Shown here piece after piece: positions 12,969 through 24,870 of a stretch of 64,000 bases of DNA. The notes beneath the pieces are model-generated. The model did not search any database. It had not been told where the DNA came from and saw nothing but the letters and a program-made list of their open reading frames with translations. The stretch covers positions 5,022,001 through 5,086,000 of the forward strand of contig JBHGNT010000017.1 of assembly GCA_043228905.1 (NCBI GenBank), given 5' to 3'. The stretch's first letter is position 1. Every line of letters starts with the position of its first letter. Source of the stretch: Azolla caroliniana (lineage: Eukaryota; Plantae; Polypodiophyta). The position numbers were made by a program, and so were the translations under genes.

Positions 12969-15900
12969 TGTCAGGAATAGTACTAAAGCAGAGATGGAAT
13001 TAGTACTAAGAAGAGTAGTACTATTAGTACTAAGAGGACGGGACGGGACTGCGTAAGATTCCCGAGAGAGAGGAAGTGAGAAGAGGAGAGAGAGAGAGAA
13101 ATAGGATGATGACAGCAGCTCTTATATTATATGAAAGATAAGTACAAATCGGCTAAGAGGCTTAAGACTGGTGTTGAACCAATTTGGTTCAAAACAATGC
13201 CTTGTGCCTCCTTTTATAGTGTTTTTAGGAATAATCCTGAATCTTCTAGAATGTTCCAGAGAGATCTGGAATATACATCAATTTTCTATGATAAAGCATA
13301 AATGAAAATAATATCTTACAAAATACAATTCATAGTCTAATGGTAAGAGCTCGACCCATGTTACATAAGGTCATGGGTTCGAGTCTTGCCATATCATGAC
13401 ACTATCTCCCCCTTAAAGACGACGAGTGGCACGAGTCGGCGCTAATTGCGGACCGGGTTTGTCCGGATACTTTCAGTGGAAATCAGCAAGAAGATCTTGT
13501 GCATTGGCAACATGCTCGACGGGTTCCCAAGTACGTTCGCTCGGACTATAACCGAGCCAATCGACCAAGTAATAAAGTTTGTTGCGAACAAGTTTGGAAT
13601 CGAGGATGGCAGCAACTTCATACTCCGGGCCGGGATGGCTTTATAAGGCTCAAGAAGAGAACAATGGAAAACTGAATGTATCTGAAGCTGCGGAGGGAGA
13701 TCAAGGCGGAAGGTGACATCATTAATCTTCCCCATAATACGGAAAGGATCGAGTCGTCGATAATCTAACTTGTCGCACGGTCGAGTAGTCTTGATGTGAC
13801 GACGTAAGAGCCATACTCGATCTCCGATGGCAAAACAGGAGGGAATCTGATGACGATCTGCATAAGTCTTCTGTGTGTGTTGAGCATGACGAAGGTGAGT
13901 AGAGAGATCCATCTGGATCTTGTGTAGCCTCTCCAAATGATCTTCGGCACGAGGGTTGGTAGGTAGCTCCGGAGTGTCGATCACCGACCAGGGAGGATGG
14001 AAACCGGTATAAGCGAAAAATGGGGAGACCCGAGTCGAGGAGTGAATAGCATTATTATACGCAAACTCCGCAACGTGGAGAATCTCGGCCCAATCGTCCT
14101 GTTGATAACTCAGGAAACACCGGAGATATTGCTCCAGCGTTTGGTTTGTTCATTCCGCCTGTCCGTCAGTCTGAGGATGGTAGCCGGAGGAGAGTTTGCA
14201 GGAGACCTTGAGCATCTTGAAGAGATGCTGCCAAAATTTGGAGACAAATTGCGGGCCTCGGTCACTGATAACACTGTCTGGGAGGCCATGATGCCGAAAT
14301 ACCTCACGCATAACAAGAGCGGCGGTTTCCTCGCTAGTGATGGCTTTAGTACATGACACAAAATGTGCCATCTTCGTATATCGATCGACGACGGTTAGGA
14401 TAGCATCGAACCCCTTCGAGACCGGCAGATCTGTGATAAAATCAAGACAAATAGACTGCCATGGCTTACTTGGAATCGGTAAAGGTTCCAACAAGCCATA
14501 TGGATGGTGTCGTGGCATCTTTGCTCGGCAGCAAGCATCATAGGTCCGAATGTAGTCGTCGACAAAACGGCGCATTTGGGGCCACCAAAAAGATCGTTGC
14601 ACTAGCTCCAACGTCTTAGTACTACCGAAATGTCCCGCCGTATGGGTGTCGTGACAATGTTGGACGATTTGAAGGCGACAGGAGCAATCAGGGACATATA
14701 CGCGCTTTTTAAAGAATAACAAACCATCATGATATTCGAATTGTCGGTAGTCAATACCTGGTTGTTGAGACTGAGAACAGGATGCCCGAGAAGTATCAAT
14801 GTGCGCCAGAATGTCTTGAGCAAAACTATCTGTCTTCAAGGTTGCACGTATGTCATCGGTAATCCGTGAATCCATCGGGGTGTGAAAAATCCGCGTCGTG
14901 TGCAATCGTGTTGGTCCCAAGATTACTTGCTTTTGATTATCAAATATTGCGTCACCAGGACGAGGTGCAAGATATGAACGTCGTGATAGTGCATATGCTT
15001 TTCCTTGCTGCTTCCCCGGTCGATATGTGATTTGGAAGTCGAAACGCGTGAGGAATTGCACCCACCGAGCTTGCCGTCGATTTAGTACGCGAGCGTTCTG
15101 AAAATAAGCAAGATTTTTATGATCGCGAAAGACAATGACCTGATGTGGAGAGCCCTCTAAGAAATGCCGCCATTGTACAAAGGAATCCACGATGGCTAAT
15201 AACTCCTTGTCATGTATTTCGTAGTTGATTTCTGCGACATCGAATTTGCGCGAATGGAAAGCCACCGGATGCAACTCTTCTTTATCGCCTTGTTGAGAAA
15301 GGATGCTACCGAGGGCGAAATCTGATGCGTCGGCCTCCATGATGAATGGTTTGCTTGTATCCACATGAGCTAGAATCGGTGCTGATGTAAAGGCTTTCTT
15401 AAGATGCCGAAAAGCCATATCTGCTTCTATGGACCAAAGAAATTTTTGGCCCTTCTTCGTAAGTTGTGTGAGAGGTAAAATAATCTTCGAGTAATCCTGT
15501 ATAAACTTACGGTAGAAGTTAGCAAAACCTAGAAAACATTGTACATCTCGTACCGACCGTGGAATTTGCCACTCTAGTACAGTTTGGATTTTAGTTGGAT
15601 CCATGGCGATGCCCTTTGAGGAGATGACGTAGCTTAGAAATTCCACTTGCTTGCAGTCAAAGCTACATTTTTCTAGCTTGGCATAAAGACCATTCTTGCG
15701 GAGTCGCTTTAGTACTAATAGTACATGAGAATCGTGCTCTTCCTGGGTCTTTGAATAAATCAACAGATCACCCAGATAAATGATCAAACAAATATCCAAG
15801 AGGTCTCTGAATATATCATTTGCCATGTGTTGGAAGACTGTGGGTGCATTGGTTAGGCCAAACGGCATAACAGTATACTCGAAATGCCCATACCGCGTGC

Positions 15901-18589
15901 GAAAGGCGGTCTTCCACTCATCTCCCGGTCGGATCCGCACGAGATTATACGCTCCTCATAGGTCGATTTTAGTAAAAAACTTGGCACCATTAACTCGCTC
16001 TAACAGACTTGATATAAGAGGAAGTGCATACCTATTCCGGATGGTGACTTTATTCAATCCGTGGTAATCAACGACAAGACGAAGTGAGCCATCTTTCTTC
16101 TTCACAAAGAAGATGGGTGCACCGGCCAGAGATTTCAAATGGCGGATGAACCCGCTTGCCAAGTTCTCCTCGATGTAGGCTCGAAGGACTTCTAACTCAG
16201 TGGGTGACAAGTTGTAAATTGGTCCCCATGGTGGCTCGGTTCCTGGTTGTAAATCGATGGAACAGTCATAGGGACGATGATGAGGAAGGGTACCAGCTTT
16301 TACCTTGTCAAATACATCGGCATAAGGATGATATTTTGCTGGAAGTTGTACTGAGGAGTCCTTAATAGCGCTGGAAGGATGTACTGATATTGCAAATAGG
16401 AACATTGTCTCCTTGGGTCCTTCTTCGCGTAGTTGATGGAGTGAAATGGTCGAAACTTGGTGAGTTGATTCTTGGGGTGGTCGATATCGGACTTCTCTTG
16501 TTCTCCAATCTATGGCTGGATTATGTAATTCAAACCAAGGTAATCCTAGGACAATGGGATGCTCTGGACTACTAATTATATTAAATGATATTACACACAC
16601 AAAACTACCTAGGACAACTTGAATGGGTTCTGATTCTTCTTTAATATTCCCGGAAGCAATAAGACGACCATCAATGACTACTACAGATGCGGGACAAGGA
16701 AGTTTTCTTAAGGATATCTGAGAAGCTTGGGCAAAATTTCGATCCATGAAACAGGAATTAGCTCCGGAATCTAAAAGTGCTAGGACGGGTACTGGGGGAG
16801 TACTTTTAGTACTAACAATGACTTGGGCTAGGAACACATTGCTAACTTGTTTGGAAGGAATGGAACCACTAATGGGTTGTATAGATCTAGGGTTGTTGTC
16901 CAACCAAACGGCTCCTATTTTGGCTAGACTCAATCGTTTAACTCTTCATCTAATTGACTAAGGATTTCAAATTTATTTGAGATGCTTGGGCTATTAGTAC
17001 TATGAATACTATCAAACACTCTATTAGTACTATTAATACTATCAGACACTCCTAAGGGAAGAATTGACTCGGGTTTAGTACAAGCTACAATTTGATTTAC
17101 CTGTCTTCTTGGCCTATGGGGACAATTGATTGCGATATGCCCTGGTCCACCGCAATAAAGACATAATCGATTTGCACGTCGTCGTTGCTTTTCTTCTTCC
17201 AATAACGGGCCGCGTCGATACATGGTATCGATCTCCATCGGTGTCGAAGTATTTGCTTGAGGAATGTCTCGTGCAAATGGTCTAGCCGCAACTACGGCGT
17301 AAGTGGGCTCCGGCCTAGCGCGTGGTATCTGTAATTGACGTTCCGAACGCCGTTCGAAGAGGCGGTTGTCACATCGGACCACTCGACTGATTGCCTCCGT
17401 AAGAGACTTTGGTTCTTCGGGGAAGGTTAGAAGTAGATCTTTGACATCATTTCACAGGCCATAGCGAAACTGTTCCATTAGTGCTTGATCATCCCAGGGT
17501 ATGTCGGAAGCGAGTAGGCGGAAATCCGCCGCATAGGCAGAGGCTGGACGATCGCCTTGACGCAATCGCCAGATCTTGTTGATCGCCGTCTTGATGCTAT
17601 CGGTATCTCCAAAGCAGGCTTTGAACTCACTAATAAAATCTTCAAAGTTATTAAGCAAGGGCGATTGTTTTTCTAGAACCGGAGCGAACCATGCTAAGGT
17701 TGAGCCGCTAAGCAACGTGCCTATTAAGCCGACTCGGGATGCATCAGTGGGGTATCGGGAAGGATGCATTTGGAGGACTAATCGTACTTGATTAAGGAAT
17801 CCCCTGAATTGCGATCGCGTTCCATCAAATTTCACAGGAAGTCCAATCTTCGGTTCTTTATGAAATCCTTGGGGACTTGATCCTTGTTGTTGCAATGCCG
17901 CTTCAAGTTGTTGCACCCGTAACGCTAACTCCCCATGTTTTTGCTGCGTTTGTTGCTTTTCTAGAGCGATTTGTTGCAGATCCCCTATCAGCCGTTGGTT
18001 TTCTTGTTCCAGGGCAACAAACTTTTCTTTTAGGCACTGTAACTCGGAGAAAACGGATTGATATTCTTGGGCGCTAACAGTAGCCATAGTAGGGGGAAAA
18101 GGATAGGAGGATGAGGGAGAACGACAAGTAGGCTGGAGGAAAGAGGAAGAAATTGGTTCAAACTGTCAGGAATAGTACTAAAGCAGAGATGGAATTAGTA
18201 CTAAGAAGAGTAGTACTATTAGTACTAAGAGGACGGGACTGCGTAAGATTCCCGAGAGAGAGGAAGTGAGAAGAGGAGAGAGAGAGAAATAGGATGATGA
18301 CAGCAGCTCTTATATTATATGAAAGATAAGTACAAATCGGCTAAGAGGCTTAAGACTGGTGTTGAACCAATTTGGTTCAAAACAATGCCTTGTGCCTCCT
18401 TTTATAGTGTTTTTAGGAATAATCCTGAAGCTTCTAGAATGTTCCAGAGAGATCTGGAATATACATCAATTTTCTATGATAAAGTATAAATGAAAATAAT
18501 ATCCTACAAAATACAATTCATAGTCTAATGGTAAGAGCTCGACCCATGTAGCATAAGGTCATGGGTTCGAGTCTTGCCATATCATGACA
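12969..18589 (-). mobile_element. Tcn1-like chromovirus Gypsy, near full length
   Basis: LTRs 12969-13401 and 18164-18589 differ by only a few substitutions and two small indels. 5-bp TSD GCGAG/ACGAG. PPT at about 13404-13414. No tRNA PBS. Confidence 0.93.
13420..18087 (-). pseudogene. Tcn1-like gag-pol with group I chromodomain
   Basis: gag EPKIGLPVKFDG, CLYCGGPGHIAINC, protease LLDSGA, RT IYLGDLLIYS (YLDD motif mutated), RNase H DASDF/DHKNL, integrase HHCC and SDRGPQF, chromodomain YEVAAILDS..YLVDWLGY..TWEP. A few stops and frameshifts. Confidence 0.92.
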
Positions 18590-21500
18590 ACGAGTGTGCG
18601 TCTTGTTCAGTTACGCGTTAGTGGTTCATTCGACCGGCAATCACGGTTAGTGGCAAATGGGCCTAACCGGCCTATGCTTGCGCTCTTCTCCCGCACCGCC
18701 TTCTGCCTTCTTCTCTCTCTTGCTCCTCGGTTCCGGGCCCCCGCGGTCCCGCCTTATTTCCTACGCGAAAGCGGAACAACACGACACCGTTGCCGAGAGA
18801 GAAGACAAATCCGGAAGTGGATCATCTATCGGCCTTATAACCGGCCCAGTCTGCGTCCCTGTACCCTTCGAGTCGAATAAACGTATTTGACTTATACATG
18901 ATGCCGTAATCCATCGTTGTACTAACATACCGAAGTATCCTCTTAGCGCAATCAAGATGATCATTTTGTGGGTTCTGCATGAATTGACTAAGTAGACCGA
19001 CTGAATAGTTGAGGTCGGGTCGTGTGTTGGTTAGATAAATCAGGTTGCCGATCAGTTGTTGATACTGAGTTGGATCGCACTCGATTGTGCCCGAATTGAC
19101 ATCGAGCTTGAGATTTTGGTCGAGAGGTATAGACATGGTTTTGCACTCGGTCATTCCGAACTTGTAGAGTAAGGTGAGAACGTAGTGCCATTGAGAGATC
19201 AATGTCTTGACTGGTGTTCAAATTATTTCGATGCCAAGGAAGCAATGGAGCTCATGCAAGTCTTTCATTTCGAATCTACCGGATAGGAGTGATTTGACCT
19301 TGATGATCTCGGTGAGATCCTTTCCTCCGATTACTAGATCATCCATATATATGATAATGACAATCGGGTTGTGCGGCTTGTTTCGGAGGTACAGGGAGTT
19401 GTCCGATTTCGACATTCAAAAGCCGATTTGGTAAAGACACTGAGTGATCTTCGAATGCCAAGCACGTGGTGCTTCCTTGAGGCCATAGATCGGCTTCTTG
19501 AGTCGGCTTTCAGATGAGTACGCGATTCGAAGCCGGGTGGTTGTACCATATACACCTCCTCTTCCAACTCGCCTTGAAGAAATGCGTTCTTGACATCCAT
19601 TTGTTGGAGATGCCACCCTTTCGTGGTTGCGAGTGCAATTACGGTCGGCACAGTTGTCATCTTTGCCCACCAGGGCAAAGGTCTCCTCAGAATCGACTCC
19701 GTGTGATTACGCGTATCCTTTTGCAACGAGTCGTGCTTTGAAGCAATTTACGAAGCCATCGACATTGTATTTGACCTTATAGATCCATCTGCAACCAATT
19801 GCTTTCTTGTGAGGTGAATGCGGAACAAGATCCTAGGTCTCGTTTTTGCACAAGGCCTACATTTCTTCATTTATTGCATCGACCCATCACGGTTCCTTCA
19901 CGGCTTCGGAAAGTAATTTTAGTTCTCGGACAATCGCTATCTTCATCATAAAGGCGTAATGATATGCCATGTACTCATCGTAGCCGAATCGGCTTACGGG
20001 GTTCTTTTCACGGGTGGACCGACGTAGCTTTTTGTTCCCGGAGACTAATGCTTTCATCGCACCATTAGTCTGGGTCATCGCAATGTCCATCCTTCGAACT
20101 CACTGTCAAGAGAGTGAGTTAACTCGTTGTCGATTGGATCTTTGTAGTCGGACATCTTGGCCTTCCCTTTGTCGAGTTTCGGACTTGGCCGACATGTACT
20201 TTGGCCACTCGGGGGCTCCCGTGGTCCACTAAGCCTTGTCATAATCGGACTTTCTTCAAACATGTGTCCGGGTTGAAATTCTTCTTCTATCTCTCATGCA
20301 GCCGATTCCGGGTCGATTGGAGTAGAGATCGGAGTCGTCTCTGGATCTACCAGTATCCCGACTCGTCGAAAACGATGTCTCGAGCTTTCAGGTAGATGGG
20401 TGGTAGCATTTGTACCCTTTCTATTCGAGCGAATACCGTACAAGGATACATTTCTCTGACTTCGGGTTGAGCTTTTGTTGCGTCTCGTCTGGAATATGCA
20501 CGTCAGCGATTAAGCCGAAAATCTAGACATGTGATAAATCTAGTTTCTTTCCAAAAAACGTCTCATGAGGGGTTACGTCGTGTACCCCAGAGGTTGTACA
20601 CCTGTTCATGAGATATACGGTTGTGTTCGCCTGTTCTGCCCAATACGATTTCGGCAGATTCTTCTCATTCATCATTGCCCGTGCAACCTCTACTATGTGC
20701 TGATTCTCCCGTTCGGCTACACCATTTTGCTGAGGTGTATGTTGACACGAGAATTCTCGTCGTATTCCTTACTTTCGGAGATATGCCGTAAACTCATCTG
20801 AGAAATATTCTTTGCCTCCATCCGATCGAAGATAGCGTACGTGCCGACCCGTGGCTTTTTCGTCTTCGTTTTTGAACCTTTGGAAGTTGCCGGACACTTC
20901 TCTCTTCTGTTTCATTGGGTAGAGCCAGGTATGCCTGGAGAAGTCGTCAATGAACGTGACATAATATCGGCAACCACTGAATGTTGCCATCGGGGCTGGT
21001 CCCCACACATCTGAATGTACTACATCCATGGTCCCTTTGCTCAAATTCCTCTCTTTCGGGAATGGATGTTGGCATTATTTTCCGAACTGGCATGCCTCGC
21101 ATACGCCTGTAATCTCCTTCTCAGTAAATGTCGGGAGTCCGATTATGACTCCTTTTGACTGCATGTTCATGCTGAATTGGGTAAGTCGTATCATCTCCAA
21201 TTTCGACATAGCCGGGTTAGTCGGTCTTTCGTAATTCTTGGAACCAATCTTCATGGGACGTCATGTGATTGGATGGTCCCGAGTCGACAAACCATATGCT
21301 ATTTGAGGAAGAGGTGTTAATCGGGGCTTGTGCCGACATCGAGTGTGCTTCATGCCTCATTATGAACATCCTGCCACGATCATCGTAGTCGTAATTCGAA
21401 GTGTAGTTTGTGAGTTGTCGACTAGTCGAAGTCGAGTCTCGTATCTTTTTTTGGCACTCGTCTTCATAATGGCCTTGTTTTCCACAGTACCCGCATTCAA

Positions 21501-22508
21501 TTGAGTTGTTATGATTGCTCGGTCTAGCAAGGTGGCTCCCCCTTTTACCGAACTCTCTGGGACTGTTTTTGTCCTCTTGCCATTGGTGGAAGTTACGCTC
21601 TTGGGTTGGCCAACTGTGTCGGCCTCGTCCGAACCGACCTCTATGTCCACGGCCGTATCCTTTTCTGTCATATGACTATGAGTACAACATCTGACCATCA
21701 GGCACATTGTTATTTTGTCGAAGGTGATTTTCTTCAACCAATAGAATCGATTGAAGGTCGAAGAAGGAGGGAGGGTTCTCCCTCGCAGGAATGGCCGATC
21801 TGATCGTGCTGAATCGAGATGCCAAGTTGTCGAGGCATATTTGCACCATTTCGTCATCATCGATGACAACATTAATCGAATCGAGGGCATCTCACAACTC
21901 CTTGATCTTCAAGGTGTAGCTAGTGATTGACATGTCCCTCTATTGCACGTTGTTTAGCTCCTGTCGAAGTTGGAGCTTTCGTGCAACCGTATTGGCCGCA
22001 AAGACCTGCTTGAGGTTCCCCCAAGCTTCTTTCGGTGTTTTAGAATCTCAAATATAGCCGAGCATGTGATCATGAACGCATGACGCAATGCAGTACAACA
22101 CACGGCTCACAGCATGCTCCTACGCTAGGTAGTTCACGTGTGTCGGTTTGGGTTGCATTTCGTGAGCTCCCTCGATGTAGCTCCAATAACCTTGTTCGAC
22201 AAGGTACTGATGCATCTTATACTCCCAAGATGCGAAGTTTGTTCTATCGAGCTTCTCGGTGGGAAGAGCACTTCCCATCTAGGCGTTCATTGTCGAACTT
22301 CTTCTACTCTTGATGTGAGCTGTGCAGGAATCGTTGCTACAACAATCAGTCGGTTCTCTGCGAGCTTGAGCACAACACACGTGAAGGCGATGGGCTTGGA
22401 TCAAGCGACCACGCGCTCTGCTACCATGTAAAGAAACAAGAGTGATTATGTGCAAAGGAAGGACTGTTTATGTGTGTGTGTGTGTGAATGTGAGACAAGA
22501 GGGAGAGT

Positions 22509-22539
<31 letters not shown>

Positions 22540-22727
22540 GGAGCACTTTTAAAACAAGAAAATGTATATAACATCCAAAAGTAACTAGGTTACAAGAGGT
22601 TGGTTTAAATACCAACTAATCTAGGCCAAGTGCCCAAGTTTCTACTTATTACAAAACTATCATCATACAATGTCCACTGACAAGTGTGAACACTCTCTCT
22701 ATGGGAAGTTGAGTTCGATTCTCAACA

Positions 22728-24308
22728 AATGAGAAGCAGGCCACGGAGGACAGCACGAAACTCAGCGTTGAACGAATCCGGCTGATAGTCACAGCGTGGA
22801 AAAACTGGGCGAAGACCAATATTGACAAGTGTTCAGCAGAGGTATGGAATCAATGGTCGCAACAAGCGATAAAACTACACAATCCTCTGAGCCATTGTGG
22901 AAAACCGGAAGAGGGACAATACCGGAAGAGGGACAATGACAATTTCTACAAGATGGACGAAGAAAGTATTGTAACCATCTAGGAGGAATTATCGGATGAC
23001 TTTTTTTCCTTGGCCAACACTCACCTCGAAGTTGTCCGGAGGCTGATTGAAAGGCTCGATGATGATCAACTCGGTGATACGATCGGGAGTGTCGATGGTT
23101 AGAAGTAGAGAAAAGAACAGCAACCATAAATATCAGTGATGAGGAACGGCCGAAAGAGCAACCGAACCAGCAGTCGAAGGAAGTAAGAGCGGAGTAGCCA
23201 GATAGAAGCGGTACGGATCAAACGGAAGAAGCCAGGATGGAACAAGCAGAGCAAGCGGAAAATGAAGAGAAGCCGGAGCCAAAGTAGGACAAGAACAATG
23301 GCAAGCGGAAGGAGCCGGAGAACAATAGGAGCAGCAACAATAGAGTGGAATTCCACTCAAACCCTTGGATCAAAGCATTTTGGACATACTGGATGAGGAG
23401 TAACGGAGCTAACCCGTGGGTTCGATGTGCAAGGTGTTAAGAAAACGTGAAGAAGGCACTCAGCTCTTCTTATGTGCGCGGCGGATCGTGGTGTGCTAGA
23501 TCATTTGGTGCTCAAACACAGAAGGAAAGGGGGAAGGAGACTTACCTCTGTAGCAGCCAAAACTTCTTCTATTTCATTACACGCAGAGCTCTACTTGCTC
23601 TCGTCTGTTTCTCTCTTCTACTCTCACTCTCTGAGTTCTTCTTCTCTATCCTCGCTCTCTCTCTCTCATAGTTCTACTTCCTGTATGTTTCTTACTTACC
23701 TACTCTCTTACTTTTTACCTAAGTAATAAGTTACTTATATATGCAGCTAATTAGCTGCATGTAGCTAAATAGCTGTCAGTCGCTAAATAGCTGTCAGTAG
23801 CTAATTAGCGGTTTCTCCGTTATGGTCACAAGTAGCTAAATAACTACTATAGCTTATTTCCCAATAAGCATCACATACCATGTTGAGCTTGCTTCTCAAC
23901 ACAAGGCACTGTCCCACGGGCGTGCCATGTGTTGGCTAGAGTATGGTCCGGAGGACAAATGTGGAAAGGGACAAGCTAGAGTCGGATATTATATTAATAA
24001 TTACTTAGAAATACTATAGGGACGGACGAATCCGGAATAGTTGCACTGATCCGGATTCGGACCGATTCATAACTGGTTGCCGGTATGGCACCTTTTTGTA
24101 CTTCGAACCATAGGCCTATAAAAGCACCCAAAAATCAATGTAATAGACACGGAAGTAATATAAGTTTGTTTCAGGAATTCAGTATTGTGTATCTTGTCTA
24201 TTGACCGTCTTTTCTTAATTCTATATCTTACGCATGTTAATCAATCAATGATATATTGCCATTTTGGAATCGATCTGGGAAAAATTGGATTAGAATCATA
24301 TATGTGCT
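22728..24308 (-). mobile_element. Remnant of an older LTR element with an Arg-type PBS (Tat/Ogre-like), probable host of Copia-2
   Basis: The minus strand reads ...CCAACA-CA-TGGCACGCCCGTGGGAC at 23911-23935, a typical LTR/PBS junction. Internal sequence is degenerate and the outer boundary is unresolved. Confidence 0.5.
23435..23901 (-). mobile_element. Copia-type solo LTR with 5-bp TSD CAAGG
   Basis: TGTTAAG...CTCAACA ends. CAAGG at 23430-23434 and 23902-23906. Shares the GTTGAGCTTG..CTCAACA terminus with other Copia LTRs in the window. Confidence 0.88.
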
Positions 24309-24361
24309 AGTTAGAATCCTACCCGTAACCACCCTTTGGTGAAGTGATCCGGAAGGACACC

Positions 24362-24455
<94 letters not shown>

Positions 24456-24870
24456 AGGAGAGGATAGAAGAGGATAGAAGAGAAGAGAGACACAAGATAG
24501 ATAAGAGAAAAAATGAAGTACTTAAGAAGAGGAATGTGTATACTAACAAGGAGAATATTTAATACAAAAATGTAGCATTACAAGGAGCAACAACCGACAC
24601 TATATGAAGTAGGAGGATGGTGCTTTATATAAGGTCACTCTCTCTCTTCATTAACTCACTATAATACCCACTCGCTCTCTAGAACCTTGGGGAATATGGA
24701 GACTCATCAGTCATGGGAATACGGAACTCATTAGTTATGTGTCATAGAATATGATTCTATGACACATAGTTGATGTGTAGAGAGTAGTGGTGACTTTTGA
24801 CCTTTGAATGCTCCTAGATTCTCAAAGGGTGTGTTCCAACACTAGACTAGGTTGAGTTTGATTCTCAACA
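24309..24870 (-). mobile_element. Copia-type LTR remnant containing a (TG)n(AG)n microsatellite
   Basis: Ends GTTGAGTTTGATTCTCAACA and is homologous to the LTRs starting at 30584 and 62876. Microsatellite 24364-24452. No TSD found, left edge approximate. Confidence 0.7.

Larger units (their letters stand above)
3586..18786 (+). mobile_element. Gypsy B: tRNA-Trp-primed non-chromovirus element, integrase deleted, carrying two nested elements
   Basis: 5' LTR 3586-4323. 3' LTR 12419-12968 plus 18595-18786. TSD CCGG (3582-3585) / CCGT (18787-18790). PPT GGTGGGGTTGGA before 12419. Confidence 0.92.
2815..22727 (-). mobile_element. Copia-2, an old degenerate element hosting Gypsy B (internal) and Copia-1 (in its 3' LTR)
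   Basis: 5' LTR 22427-22727 with Met-type PBS (TGGTAGCAGAGC, minus). Partial 3' LTR 2815-2971, clearly diverged from the 5' LTR. gag about 21300-22300, integrase about 20400-21100 (HSDVWGP, LRSDGGKEY), RT 18800-19900, RNase H 3200-3585. The frame FSLGNG|TISWRSKKQ is split by Gypsy B. Confidence 0.88.

Noticed and set aside
13333-13395. Functional tRNA gene
   Set aside because: A and B boxes are present but there is no convincing acceptor or anticodon stem. Reported as a tRNA-like module only.
24311-24562. ORFs with HT/CV/ER repeats (also 26549-26884)
   Set aside because: Translations of microsatellites.
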